Positions 1 to 14,520 of a stretch of 64,000 bases of DNA are shown here, piece by piece (position 1 is the stretch's first letter; the number at the start of each line of letters is the position of its first letter). The stretch comes from Octopus vulgaris (Eukaryota), in assembly GCA_951406725.2 (NCBI GenBank), contig OX597833.1, positions 63,860,001 to 63,924,000 of the forward strand, given 5' to 3'. Under the pieces are notes generated by a model. It was given only the letters and a program-made list of their open reading frames with translations. It was not told the DNA's origin and ran no database searches. Both the position numbers and the translations under genes were made by a program.

Positions 1-310
1 TAATTACCCATTCACCATACAACAACCTGTCATATAAGGTCTTATAGTCTTCAAATTCTCTATTCCTGTCTTTCTTGGGTTTCCCGCTCTTTCTGTGACT
101 CTGTCTCTGTCTCCCTATATATATATATATCTCTCTCTTTTCCTTGCCGTTTTTTTATCATCATCATCAGTCCCATCATCATCGTCTTTATTACATTTCC
201 TCTATATTTTCCTCTCGTCAAACAGGCGAATAATTTTCTATAATTCGTAAAATATAAACTATAATGTTGAAAAACTGCATATAAATCCTCCCACACAAAC
301 GTTTAAACGT

Positions 311-1100
<790 letters not shown>

Positions 1101-1572
1101 TTGACGCATAACGAACATTGTTCTTATTATTATCATCATCATTATCGTTGTTGTTGTTGTTGTTGCTTTATTATGGAGATTAGTATATAAGAAAAATACA
1201 CTTTTACAACAAATCAATCGTGCAAAAAATAAAAACCCTTAAAAAAAACCCCAAATAAAATCAATAATTTTACAGAGAACTATAATATTAAAACATTTAA
1301 AAAAGCAAAACACACAAATAAGAATGGGAAAAGTTTAAAAATAAATTTAAAAAAGACTATGTAAGATAATAATATACAAATATCTTACGTAAAACTAACA
1401 AAAAATAAAATTTAAAAATATATATATACAGAAATACGACAACGAAAATAGGAAATTGGTGGAGGTGCTGGGATGGGGGAAGTTTAAATTTAAGAAAGAA
1501 ATTTATTAAAATAACATTTATATTCATAAAGGAGAGTAGTAGTGATTGCAGAAGAGGAGGAGAAGGAAGAGT

Positions 1573-1795
1573 TGAATTGAAGGAGCGAAAGAGGAGGTGG
1601 AGGTTGATGAAGGGGAGTTGAAGATGAAGATGACAGAGGTGGGGTAGGAGAGGAAAAAAAGAAGAGGAGGAAGAGGAGGAGGTGAATTGAAGGAGCAAAA
1701 GAGGAGGTGGAGGTTGATGAAGGGGAGTTGAAGATGAAGATGATAGAGGTGGGGTAGGCGTGGGAAAAAAAGAAGAAGAGGAGGAGGAGGAGGAG
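1573..1795 (+). repeat. Purine-rich ~110-bp direct duplication
   Basis: GAATTGAAGGAGC(G/A)AAAGAGGAGGTGGAGGTTGATGAAGGGGAGTTGAAGATGAAGATGA occurs at ~1573 and ~1684. Confidence 0.85.
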
Positions 1796-1979
1796 ATGCT
1801 GTAGGTTGGTAAAATTTTAAAAAGAAGTACTGGAAAATTGAGGAAGACGAGGTTGGGGGGGGGCGAGAAATGAGGAAAAGATAACGACGATGAGGTGGAG
1901 AAGGTGAAGGAGGAGGAGGAAGAAGTTAAAGAAGAAAAAGACGAAAAAGAATAAGAAGACAGAAGAGGAGTAAAATAGG

Positions 1980-2500
1980 ATGATGGCGATGACGATGATG
2001 ATGATGGTGATGGTGATTATGATGATGATGACTACTGATGAAATTTAAATGTCAGAATAAGAAAAAGCGGGAAAAGGAGGATGAAAAGACGAAGGTAAAG
2101 ACAAAGACGAAGTTGTAGTAGTAGTAGTAGTAGTAGTAGAAGTAGTAGTAGTAATGGTAGTAGTAGTAGTTGTAGTAGTAGTAGTAATAGTAGTTGTTGT
2201 AGTAGTAGTAATAGTAGTAGTAGTAGTAGTAGCAGTAGTAGTAGTAGCAGCAGCAACAACAGAAAAAGAAAAAGAAAAACAAGACGAAAAAGAAGAAGAA
2301 GAAAAAGAAAAAGAAGAAGAAGAAGAAGAAGAAGAAGAAGAAGATGAAAAAGAAGAAGAAGAAGAAGAAGAAGAGGAGGAGGAGAAGAAGAAGCAGAAGA
2401 AGAAGAAGGAGGAGAAGAAGAAGAAGAAGAAGAAGAAGAAGAAGAAGGAGAAGAAGAAGAAAAAGAAGAAGAAGACGACGACGACGACGACGAGGAAGAA
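1980..2500. repeat. Trinucleotide microsatellite chain (GAT)n-(TAG)n-(GAA)n-(GAC)n
   Basis: Directly visible; source of the poly-V/E/K/R/S/L ORFs. Confidence 0.95.
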
Positions 2501-2675
2501 GGAAAATGAAGAGGTGGAGACTGAAAAGAATTAAATGGAAGAGGGAAAAGAAAGAGAAGGGGAAAGAAGGAAGGAAAAAAAAAAGAAGAGGAAAACATGA
2601 AACTTAAAAACTTGTGTCGAGATAAGCAATGAATTTTTGATGGCTAGTCAGATGATTATCTTTCCACACACACAC

Positions 2676-2708
<33 letters not shown>

Positions 2709-3151
2709 TTTATGGTTGTAGGAAGGTTTTAGGAACGAGGAGTCTTGAAGCAAATCATGCTATAGCTAATAGCCTGTAAATATTGGTGCGGAACAGTCGA
2801 AGAATTTCCGAAGGATTTAAACCCCCTTTTCCCTGTAAACATCACGGGTATTATACCATTAGCTTTTATTCGTAGCTTAAGTTGCTTCGAGATTCGCCGT
2901 TCCTAAAATGGATTATTGCATGTTCTCCAAATATCTAAAACTGTACCACAGCGTATATATACAAACATATAATCATACAAATTTGCACATGCACTGACTG
3001 TAAATGCTGCATATATACACAAATATAAACAAATATACCATGTTGATATAGAAATTAAAATTAAGGGGACTTGAATCTAGTTTAGAAAGCGGCTCTTTCT
3101 CTATTGGTAAGAAACATAATAAATAGTCTAATCATTATAAATAATCGTGAA

Positions 3152-3523
3152 TGTTCAGTACCACTGCGTGACACCTTCGGCAAGTGTCTTCTACTAATAG
3201 CCTCGGGCCGACCAAAGCCTTGTGAGTGGATTTGGTAGACGGAAACTGAAAGAAGCCCGTCGTATATATGTATATATATATATGTGTTTGTGTGTCTGTG
3301 TTTGTCCCCCCAACATCGCTTGACAACCGATGCTGGTGTGTTTACGTCCCCGTAATTTAGGAGTGGCTGTGTGGTAAGTAGCTTGCTTACCAGCCAAATG
3401 GTTCCGGGTTCAGTCCCACTGTGTGGCATCTTGGGCAAGTGTTTTCTGCTATAGCCCGGGACGACCAATGCCTTGTCAGTGGATTTGGTAGACGGAAACT
3501 GAAAGAAGCCTGTCGTATATGTG

Positions 3524-3554
<31 letters not shown>

Positions 3555-4035
3555 TTGTGTGTCCGTGTTTGTCCCCCCAACATCGCTTGACAACCGATGC
3601 TGGTGTGTTTACGTCCCCGTAATTTAGGAGTGGCTGTGTGGTAAGTAGCTTGCTTACCAACCACATGGTTCCGGGTTCAGTCCCACTGTGTGGCATCTTG
3701 GGCAAGTGTCTTCTACTATAGCCCCGGGCCGACCAATGCCTTGTCAGTGGATTTGGTAGACGGAAACTGAAAGAAGCCCGTCGTATATATGTATATATAT
3801 ATATGTGTGTGCGTGTGTGTTTGTGTATCTGTGTTTGTCTCCCCAACATCGCTTGACAACCGATGCTGGTGTGTTTACGTCCCCGTAATTTAGTGGTTCG
3901 ACAAACGACACCAATAGAATAAGTACTAGGCTTACAAAGAATAAGTCCTGGAGTCGATTTGCTCGACTAAAGGCGGTGCTCCAGCATGACCGCAGTCAAA
4001 TGACTGAAACAAGTAAAAGAGTAAAGAGAGAGTAA
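3152..4035 (+). mobile_element. SINE family A (tRNA-headed, CORE-like), tandem trimer
   Basis: A-box-like TGGCTGTGTGG and B-box-like GGTTCAGTCC, a CTTGGGCAAGT motif resembling the CORE domain, an internal (TA)(TG) microsatellite and a GTAAAAGA tail. Units restart at 3360 and 3627. Confidence 0.85.
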
Positions 4036-4169
4036 ACAGTCAAAATTTATAAATCATTGTATGGACCAGGCAATCAGCTTCCACCCGTTGTTGTAGCATT
4101 CGAATGATGCCACACGGAAGGCTATATGAGCAGGCCAACATTCCCCCTAAACGGAGAACCGTGTAGAGA

Positions 4170-4280
4170 TTGATGTTACGTGAAATGAAGTGTTTTGCTC
4201 AAAAACAGAACGCACCGCTGGAGTGGGAATCGAAACCACGATCTTGCGATCGGAAGTGTAACACCTTAACCACTAAAGCA
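4170..4280 (-). mobile_element. 5' head fragment of a SINE D-like element
   Basis: ACGTGAAATGAAGTGTTTTGCTCAA...GGGAATCGAAACC...TAACCAC is similar to 27340-27440 and 57100-57215. Confidence 0.6.
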
Positions 4281-4397
4281 CGTGGACAGACAAACGGATT
4301 AAGTCGATTACATCGACCCCAGTGTGTAACTGGTACTTAATTTATCGACCCCGAAAGGATGAAGGGCAAGAACCGACAGAAAGCACAAATGAACAAA

Positions 4398-4816
4398 ATA
4401 TGTTTCTTTACTACCCACAAGGGGCTAAAAACAGAGAGGACAAACAAGGAGAGACAAACGAATTAAGTCGATTACATCGACCCAGTGAGTAGCTGGTACT
4501 TAATTTATCGACCCCTAAAGGATGAAAGGCAAAGTCGACATCGGCGGGATTTGAACTCAGACCGTAACGGTAGACGAAATACCTATTTCTTTACTACCCA
4601 CAAGGGGCTCAACACGGGGAAGACAAACAAGGACAGACAAACGGATTAAGTCGATTACATCGACCCCAGTGCGTAACTGGTACTTAATTTATCGACCCTA
4701 AAAGGATGAAAGGCAAAATCGACCTCGGCGGAATTTGAACTCAGAACGTAACGCCAGACGAAATACGGCTATACATTTTGCCCGGCGTGCTAACGTTTCT
4801 GTCAGCTCGCCGCCTT
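4398..4816 (-). mobile_element. SINE family B dimer with a 13-bp TSD
   Basis: Head GGCGGCGAGCTG...GAGTTCAAATTCC on the minus strand, body motif GCCTTTCATCCTTTCGGGGTCGATAAATTAAGTACC, and ACAAATGAACAAA at both 4385-4397 and 4817-4829. A further partial unit lies at 4285-4370. Confidence 0.85.
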
Positions 4817-5246
4817 ACAAATGAACAAATTAACTAAACGAAAACAAAGTGTCTCATACAGGATTTGATCCCTGTATTGAGCACATCCGGAACGTCGTAT
4901 TACCGATTGCCCAAGACCTTATAGGCAGACAGAGCTATCGCTCACTTTATAATATATCATTATATTCATATGAAATTAATATTCAATTATTTGTAATTAT
5001 TTGTAATTTTAAGAATATATTTGGTCATAAACATCGAATTTTAAATATGGTATATTATTACTCGGAGAGATAAGAGAAAGCCACTTCCATCTATGGGCTT
5101 CGTATAATTGGTTTTAAATATTTATTTTATTTATTTCTTTATATTATTTTATTTTAATTTTAGACGCCGAGAAGACGTCTAATACAAAATACGAGTCCCA
5201 CGAGAAATACTATTTTAAATTCGTGCTTGTAAATAATATAAATTAG

Positions 5247-5334
<88 letters not shown>

Positions 5335-5400
5335 GAGTTGGCTAGCTAATTACCAAAGGAATTAGCTTTCTCACTCACCACTCATTCTCTTTCTCTCTCT

Positions 5401-5456
<56 letters not shown>

Positions 5457-6023
5457 TAGATAGATAAATATATACATATACATATATTCATGCACACACA
5501 TATATATATATACCTACATACATACATAGATACATACATACATACATACATACATACATACATACATACATACATACATACATGCATACATTCATAAGGG
5601 ACATTGATCAGGGACAATCTGTCACTTGAATATTCTTCCCTGATTATTTTTTGAGGGGCGTGGAGGACTTGCTCTGTGGCGGTAATTCTTTAAACATTTT
5701 CATGAAGACATATTATTAACAAAACGTAGCTAAGCTCTCGTATCTAGCATCCAGTATCCGATGTCTATTATCAGTTTTTTATGACGATAGGAAAATATCT
5801 TGAGGTTCAACCGGTTGCTATTTCTAGCAGAAATTACCTCACTGATTTCTGGCTCGTGTGCAATTGTCACAATCCAAAGAGTTGTAACGCTGATTTTCAA
5901 GCTTGCTTTTACATTGTCATTGTGTTTCTAGGTGTACAGCATTGTCTGGTGCATCTTCCAATTTTTTTAAAAATAAGATTTACGGCGATTTTTACGGACA
6001 TTTAACTGCCATTACCAGCATAT

Positions 6024-6101
6024 CGGGCCGACCAAAGCCTTGCGAGTGGATTTGGTCGACGGAAACTGAAAGAAGCCCGTCGTGTATATATATATATATA
6101 C

Positions 6102-6174
<73 letters not shown>

Positions 6175-6400
6175 TGTGTCTGTGTTTGTCCCCCCCTCCC
6201 CAACATCGCTTGACAAACGATGCCGGTGTGTTTAACGTCCCCGTAACATAGCGGTTCGGCAAAAGAGAGACCGATAGAATAAGTAGTAGGCTTACAAAGT
6301 ATGAAGTCCAGGGCGGGGGTCGATTTGCTCGACTAAAAGCGGTGCTCCAGCATGGCCGCAGTCAAATGACTGAAACAATCAAAAGAGAAAAAAGAGAGTA
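6024..6400 (+). mobile_element. SINE A, 5'-truncated
   Basis: Body and tail match the other SINE A copies. Confidence 0.85.
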
Positions 6401-6420
6401 AATATCGAACACAATGTTAT

Positions 6421-6455
<35 letters not shown>

Positions 6456-7206
6456 GGTACCCTCAATACTGTAATGTTCTAAGAAGAACGTCGACGACAC
6501 GGTTAATGCATTTATGCAATTAACTGCAATCTGATGCATCTAATAACAACACCTGGGAGTTAAACGCACATCATGGTGCATTTCATTATAATTGTCTGTA
6601 ATTTCACTGCATTTCATTGCAGTGGAATCCAGCGTAAGTGCATTTTAACTGCACTGGAAAGCATTTAGATGTGACTTCGTGTAATTATCCTTATAACAAT
6701 AATGTTAATACTGGTAGCTTGCACTATGGAATATCATAAATGTACTCGTAATGATTGCTTAAAATATCACATAGTAAATATTAAAAGAAAATTATTAAAA
6801 AAAATTACGTACCTGAATTATATTCTTATTATTTGATATTTCTTATGGTTCACGTGATATAGAAAATATTTTAATAATTCCGAAAATTGCTGTTGTTGAA
6901 ACATCTTCTCATCCTACTTCAGCTTTTGTAATGGAGGCGATTAGCTGTTCTGTGATCCAATGTGTTCCAGCTGTAACCAAAGCCGTATTATTTGTTCGAT
7001 GTAGTCCTAATGTACCTAGGAATACATTATCTAATGTGTCACGTTTTTTTTTTTGCAAAAATAGCTACGTGTCGTGCAATGTGAGGTATGATATTATCTG
7101 AAGTATATTGAACTGGGATTTCTATGAAAGAGATCTACCAAGTACGGGTTCTTTCATTATAATGTATATCTGTTATTCTTCAGACTACACAAAAGATAGC
7201 CTAATA

Positions 7207-7555
7207 CAATGTTTCTCAGCAAAGCATTTTTGACCTATAGATCCCTTTCATTCTTCTTTTACTCAGGTGAACCATCTTAGCCATTTGATGTCAAAAAAAT
7301 AACCCCTTTAGATTTTTTATAATAAAATGTTATTAGGAATTGTATTATATTACAGGCACAGGAATGCCTATAATATAGGCGTAGGAGTGGCTGTGTGGTA
7401 AGTAGCTTGTTTACCAACCACAGGGTTCTGGGTTCATTCCCACTGAGTGCACCTTGGGCAAGTGTCTTCTACTATAGCCTCTGGCCGTCCAAAGCATTGT
7501 GGGTGGATTTGGTAGACGGAAACTGAAAGAAGCCCGTCGTATATATGTATATATG

Positions 7556-7614
<59 letters not shown>

Positions 7615-7950
7615 TTGTGTGTCTGTGTTTGTCCCCCCAACATCGCTTGACAACCGATGCTGGTGTGTTTATGTCCCCGTTACTTAGCGGTTCGGCAAAA
7701 GAGGCCGATAGAATAAGTACTGGGCTTACAAAAGAATAAGTCCCGGGGTCGAGTTGCTCGATTAAAGGCGGTGCTCCAGCATGGCCGCAGTCAAATGACT
7801 GAAACAAGTAAAAGAGTAAAAGGGTATATAATAAAATTGTTAAAATATTTTGTTTTTGTAGAGAAATAACCATTCATTTCACATACATTTTTAGTAGCTA
7901 AATCTTATATGGACCCTCAAATGTTATACAGACCTGGTTGAGAACCCTTA
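7207..7950 (+). mobile_element. MITE-like DNA element with imperfect TIRs (hAT-like ends), interrupted by SINE A
   Basis: Starts CAATGTTTCTCAGC and ends GGTTGAGAACCCTTA; a related end lies in reverse orientation at ~20487-20550. Confidence 0.45.
7376..7825 (+). mobile_element. SINE A, full length
   Basis: tRNA-like head through to the GTAAAAGAG tail. Confidence 0.9.
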
Positions 7951-8005
7951 GGATAATAAATTGTCAGGATAAAGATCAGACTACCAAGGGACAGTTAAAA
8001 TAATC

Positions 8006-8263
8006 GTGGCACTCCGTCGGTTGCTACGACGAGGGTTCCAGTTGATCCGATCAACGGAACAGCCTGATCGTGAAATTAATGCGCAAGTAGCTGAGCACTC
8101 CACAGTCACGTGTACCCTTAATGTAGTTCTTGTGGAGATTCAGCGTGACACAGAATGTGATATGGCCGGCCCCTTGAAATACAGGTACAACAGAAACAGG
8201 AAGAAAGAGTGAGAGAAAGTTGTGGTGAAAGAATACAGCAGGGTTCGCCACCACGCCCTGCCG
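8006..8263 (-). mobile_element. SINE family C, 5'-truncated
   Basis: Reverse complement of the 3' part of 34260-34646. Confidence 0.85.
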
Positions 8264-8507
8264 GAAAACAAGGACGGGTCATTCGGAGTTTTCTTTACGC
8301 AGTCGGGTTCCATATTATCTTTGCAATTTCCGCTGGTTATACTCGAGATTGCTCCAGTCTGGCCAGCCCCAAGGAAAAACTAAACTAAGAGCATTACATT
8401 CTATGGAAGAAAGCAGCGAATGTATACAAAAACAAGGACGGAAAAATCGGACAATGTTACACAAATGCAATAAAAATAATAACAGGACATAACAACAGGT
8501 GTCCTTT

Positions 8508-8567
<60 letters not shown>

Positions 8568-9092
8568 GCAACAGAAAAGAGGAATTTCGATTATCCACAA
8601 CAATAACAATAATAACGATAACCAATTACCTCCATTTATTTATTTACTTGTGAAGTCATTCACTCGCGAATTTCATCACACACAACATGGACAAAATTTC
8701 TTCTCAAGAAAAAATACATATTCACATAAGTAAAACATAATATCATGATTAGCGAAAGCGAAACCGGTCGATATATTAAAAAATATATTAAAACTATGTA
8801 AGTGTGCGTATTTTCCTTGTTTTAATTTCTTATATATATAAATACCTATCTATCTCTCTATCTATGTATATAGAGTATATATATATATTTATATATATAC
8901 TTATATAGCGGATGTTTTCCCGTTTCCGAGCAAAGCCCTTCCTAGAAAGAATCATCGAAATGAGTCATTGATAATGCGGTGTGAGGCCCATATATCACTT
9001 TTGAGCCCTGCGAAAGATGCACATGATGTACAGTCGTACCGGCTTGCAGAAAGAACAGGTGTCACAATATGAAGTCCTTTGACATATTTGCA

Positions 9093-9125
<33 letters not shown>

Positions 9126-9880
9126 ATTATTAATGTAAGTATACATTCAAATGAGTGTGTGTGTGTGCGTGTCTATACAAGCATTTGCATTTATATTTAC
9201 CAGAGTAAAACGTTTGTTTGTTCGGTTTGAAACACTTTAACATCCAAGACAAATCCTTATTCAAAAAACATTGACGGAGACTAGCTAAAAACAAGACAAA
9301 AGTGTGAAACCTTCAATATGAGGCGGCGCTACGGTCGCAGGCCTATGACTGAAAACAGTTAAAGAATAAAAGTTACACATTTATGTAACAAAACATTTTT
9401 TCTGGTATAATAGGTATACAATGTTTGTATTTTAATGTTTTCTATAAAACGTCTCTGCGCATAGAAGAAGAAGGCAGTAAGTGTGTGAGGCCAGAAAGAG
9501 GAAAGACACATTTGCTATGGTTACATTTATAGGTCACAGTAAATGTAATACGATTTGTGTTCATAGAAACATAAATAATACATATAAACATACATACACA
9601 CACACACATACACAGATATATACATATATTTGCAAAAAACTATTTTACAATTTGCTATGTATATATATTTTTAAAACGCAACTATAGACATCAAATTACC
9701 TGTTAAAAATTGATGAGAAATATTATCTCCATTAAACATGTTTTATTGTAATATACCATGAGAATATACATATATATATATACACATATATATATATACA
9801 TTCATATACATATATATATATACATAAATATATATATATATATATACATACATACATATATACATACATATATATATATT

Positions 9881-9937
<57 letters not shown>

Positions 9938-10011
9938 GTATATATTCATGTACAAATACTTTCACATACATACATGAACTTGTGCGTGTTTGTATAGATA
10001 TATGTATGTAT

Positions 10012-10123
<112 letters not shown>

Positions 10124-10293
10124 TATGCATATATATATATATATATATATATACCATCTCATGTGAAGTTGTATACAGTTCAGCTGCTACGGCAATTGAT
10201 AAAGTGTTGTGTGGGTAGATGGGTGTGGGGGGAAAAGATGCTATTGTTACTTTATTTTTTTTGTTTGTGTTGTTTGATTAATCTGTTTTCTAG

Positions 10294-10351
10294 GATTTAT
10301 TGTGGCGTGTCAGCCTCGTTCTGAGTTTATCTTTAGCAGTGGCCTATGCAG
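10294..10351 (+). CDS. Candidate small coding exon ([20 protein letters not shown], or [19 protein letters not shown] in another frame)
   Basis: T-rich tract plus TTTTCTAG acceptor, weak CAG|GTTATA donor, two open frames, unique sequence between microsatellites. Confidence 0.3.
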
Positions 10352-10357
10352 GTTATA

Positions 10358-10482
<125 letters not shown>

Positions 10483-10787
10483 TTTAACATTCTTTTTATG
10501 TGTGTATAAGTCCACGCGGCTTATATATGATCATATATGTGTGAGCCCGTGTAATGGTGTGCATGTATGCGTGCGTGCATTTGGGTTTTTTTTCTCCTTT
10601 TAGTGTATGTATGTATCAAAGTGCGTTATGTGTGAGATTTTAAAAGTTTGCAGCCATTAACTGGTTGAGGTTTTTGTTGTTTGTTAGAGGAATATAAAAG
10701 ACTTTTTGCCAGACGATTAAACTAATTTAATATCGCTTGTTAGAATTTGCTAAAATGTGAAAGAAAAACAATAATAACAACAACAAC

Positions 10788-10834
<47 letters not shown>

Positions 10835-10991
10835 GGAAATAAATGAAATTAAAATGAAATACAATAAGTAAATAAAATAATATATAATATATGTCAACAA
10901 AAAAAATGGTTTCATTTGTCTTGCGTTTTCCCATTTCTCACCCTCTCTCTAACTGAACAAACATATATAAACTCACACACACACACACACG

Positions 10992-11048
<57 letters not shown>

Positions 11049-11141
11049 GTATACATGTATGTGTGTATTTATATATATATATATATATATATTCTCATAT
11101 GCATATATATATATATATGATTATGTACATATGCGTGTATG

Positions 11142-11172
<31 letters not shown>

Positions 11173-11308
11173 ATGTATCCATATGTATATATACGTACAT
11201 ACCTTCTTTTATGTTACAAGGTATTATGTGAATGAATGTGTATACACAAATGCATACAGGGTTTACACGTAGTAATATATGTATATATGTAAAATATACA
11301 TACATATG

Positions 11309-11351
<43 letters not shown>

Positions 11352-11579
11352 GCATATATACATGTACACACACACACACAATGACTCACAGAAAGACACA
11401 CTGAATCATCTCTCTCTCTCTCACACACATACGTATATATGTTTATAAATATATACGTTTGAATAAGTGTGTATACATATAGGCGTATATTTGTATATAT
11501 GTATTTACATTCATTTATTGTGTATATTTCCCCATGTATATACTATGTATATACTCCTGGGAATATATGTGTATTTTTA

Positions 11580-11612
<33 letters not shown>

Positions 11613-11643
11613 GCATATATATGTATGTGTGTAAATATAGCAC

Positions 11644-11695
<52 letters not shown>

Positions 11696-11722
11696 CATAT
11701 ATATACATATAATATATATATA

Positions 11723-11816
11723 CACACATTTTCACACATATATATAGATATACATCTATATAATATATATATATATTATATAGATGTATATCTATATATA
11801 TGTGTGAAAATGTGTG
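11723..11816. repeat. Perfect 94-bp spacerless palindrome centred on (AT)n
   Basis: CACACATTTTCACACATATATATAGATATACATCTATATAAT...ATTATATAGATGTATATCTATATATATGTGTGAAAATGTGTG. Confidence 0.9.
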
Positions 11817-11832
11817 CATATATGTATGCATA

Positions 11833-11864
<32 letters not shown>

Positions 11865-11880
11865 TATGCATCCACACATA

Positions 11881-11936
<56 letters not shown>

Positions 11937-12407
11937 TAGGTGTGGATGCAGCAGGCGTGTATGCATTGGTGTGTGTATTTGTTATTAAAATCAAATCAGC
12001 TATTTGTTTAGCTTTCGCAGCAGACAACGGATTTGCTTTGTTATCCAATGTTGACTGAGTCAGCCTCCTTTTCGTTGTGTTCCAAAAACCAATTTAGATA
12101 ATGAGTAGCGTAACAACAACAACTGCAACAGCTAAAAACGACGACCGCCACGGCAACAGCTATAATAATAATTAGTGCATTTAACGGCAACGAATAATAG
12201 CTGCCTCTATATTAACGATAACACAACAACAGCACCAACAACAATATCAGTGAGTGATATCAAAATGTATTGCAGCCACTGTAAATCTATTGACAACTGC
12301 AACACGAACATGAACAATAAAGTACAACTACAACGGTATTAGCAATTATAGGTGATTTACAAAAAAAAATAAGCACCCCGTCACCCTCTCCCTCTGCTCC
12401 ATTTTGT

Positions 12408-12437
12408 CGACACCGCCACCAGCACCACTGCTACAAA

Positions 12438-12493
<56 letters not shown>

Positions 12494-12726
12494 ATACTAC
12501 TGCCACAAACATCACCACTGTCACCACCACCACCACCACCACCAGCACCAGCACCACTACCGCAGCTGCTACTACTGTTACTACTACTACTACTGCCACA
12601 AACGTCACCACTGTCACCACCACCACCACCACCACCACCACCAGCACCACAACCGCAGCTGCTACTACTGTTACTACTACTACTACTGCTGATGATACCA
12701 CTACTACTGCTACCATCACCACTACC

Positions 12727-12768
<42 letters not shown>

Positions 12769-12850
12769 GTGCTGCTGCTGCTGCTGATGATGATGATACT
12801 AATACTACTACTACTACTACTGCTGCTGTTGATGATGATGATGATGATCA

Positions 12851-12895
<45 letters not shown>
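12408..12895. repeat. Compound (CAC)n/(TAC)n/(GAT)n trinucleotide region with an internal duplication
   Basis: CTGCCACAAAC(A/G)TCACCACTGTCACCACC occurs twice. Confidence 0.85.
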
Positions 12896-13122
12896 AAATT
12901 GCGCCTGAGAAATTGCGATTACCTGTTGCTCTTTGCATTCCAAGTTAGACATGAGAAGACACGATAATCATGATTAGAATGGTCTTAGTGTTAGGGTACC
13001 ATGACTGAGAGCTGACCTAGGGTTAAACAACAAATCCAACAAGTTCTACTGTTGTAAGCCCACGCGCCATTGCCACAACAGCCACAACATCATCATCATC
13101 ATCATCATCATCAACAACAACA

Positions 13123-13202
<80 letters not shown>

Positions 13203-13644
13203 CGCTGCTATTACTGCTGCCGTTATTTTATCACAAATCTGAATATGGAACTAATAATTGAATAGAATCAATGAATTCTCGTCAGTTGTCTAATTAATTA
13301 ATTAATTTCGAACAATCAACAGGAATACATATTGCATGTTATTAATGACTGTTCGTAGACCTCTCTCTCTCTCTCTCCCCTCCTCGCTTTCACACTCTCT
13401 CTCTTCTTCACTCTCTCTCTCTCTCTCTCTATCTATCTACTTACCTCTATATTTATATATATATATATTACACATACATGTACGTATATCTATGTGATTT
13501 GTGTGTGTGTGTGTGTGTGTGTGTAAGTGCGTGTGTTTTTGTGTGTGTGTGTATGTGAATGCGTGTGTATAGATTGATAAAAATATAGTTATATGCATAT
13601 CTGTATATGTATGCATAGATGCATATATATACGTAATAATAATA

Positions 13645-13747
<103 letters not shown>

Positions 13748-13815
13748 TAATAATAATGACAACGATGATGATAATGATGACGACGACGATGATGACGACG
13801 ATGACGATGACGATT

Positions 13816-13862
<47 letters not shown>

Positions 13863-14520
13863 AGAAAATATTGCCAAGAGTAATGGAGGTGTGTATTCTT
13901 TATGAGTGTATTGCTCTGGTATAAATGTCTACCTTTTCTTCTCGGAAACGTTTGAATACTGCTTAAATCCTTTTATCTTCTTTTTCATAGCAATGGAAAA
14001 AAAAATCTATTCTTTTTTTTTTTTCATCTCTCCTTGAAGAATCGTGTGATCATATTCCTTTATAGTTGCTTGAGACAGGTCACGAGGTTTGTATGCACTC
14101 GCGAATTGACGTTGTGGTGCTTAAACACGAACAAATATATTAAAGTTCGGTGTAATATATTACATTAACCACAGGAAATTCGCAGGTAAAATGCACATCC
14201 ATGAACAGTATTATACATGCTACGGAATTGATGATAACGGATGAGTAGAGAAAAGCATTTGAACGGATAACAGAGAGCAATAGAGAACAATATCAGTGAT
14301 ATTAAAAAAAAATCTTCATTTCTACAGCTGTTTCAGGAAATTTTAAGCTCGTATGTAGCATTACAATCACAGTTGTGATTGTATTGTTATAATTATATCG
14401 TTGTAGTTATACTGGATGTAAGAAGCATATCACGAGGAATGTGTTTGTTAACAAATATCAAATCTGCTCTTTTATTTTTTGTATATTAAGGAGAAAAACA
14501 AGAAGAAGAAAATAATATAT

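Noticed and set aside
3082-3849. 255-aa ORF with internal repeats
   Set aside because: Antisense reading of the SINE A trimer; the same peptides recur wherever SINE A occurs.
4990-5240. PLE endonuclease-like fragments (YIWS, IEF, IITR) and a hairpin at ~5160-5182
   Set aside because: Needs several frameshifts and the ribozyme core cannot be recovered; too weak to call.
8265-8512. Possible hammerhead on the minus strand (GCTGG...CCAGC-GGAAA)
   Set aside because: No CTGANGA core; probably a repeat fragment, but the ribozyme call is unsupported.
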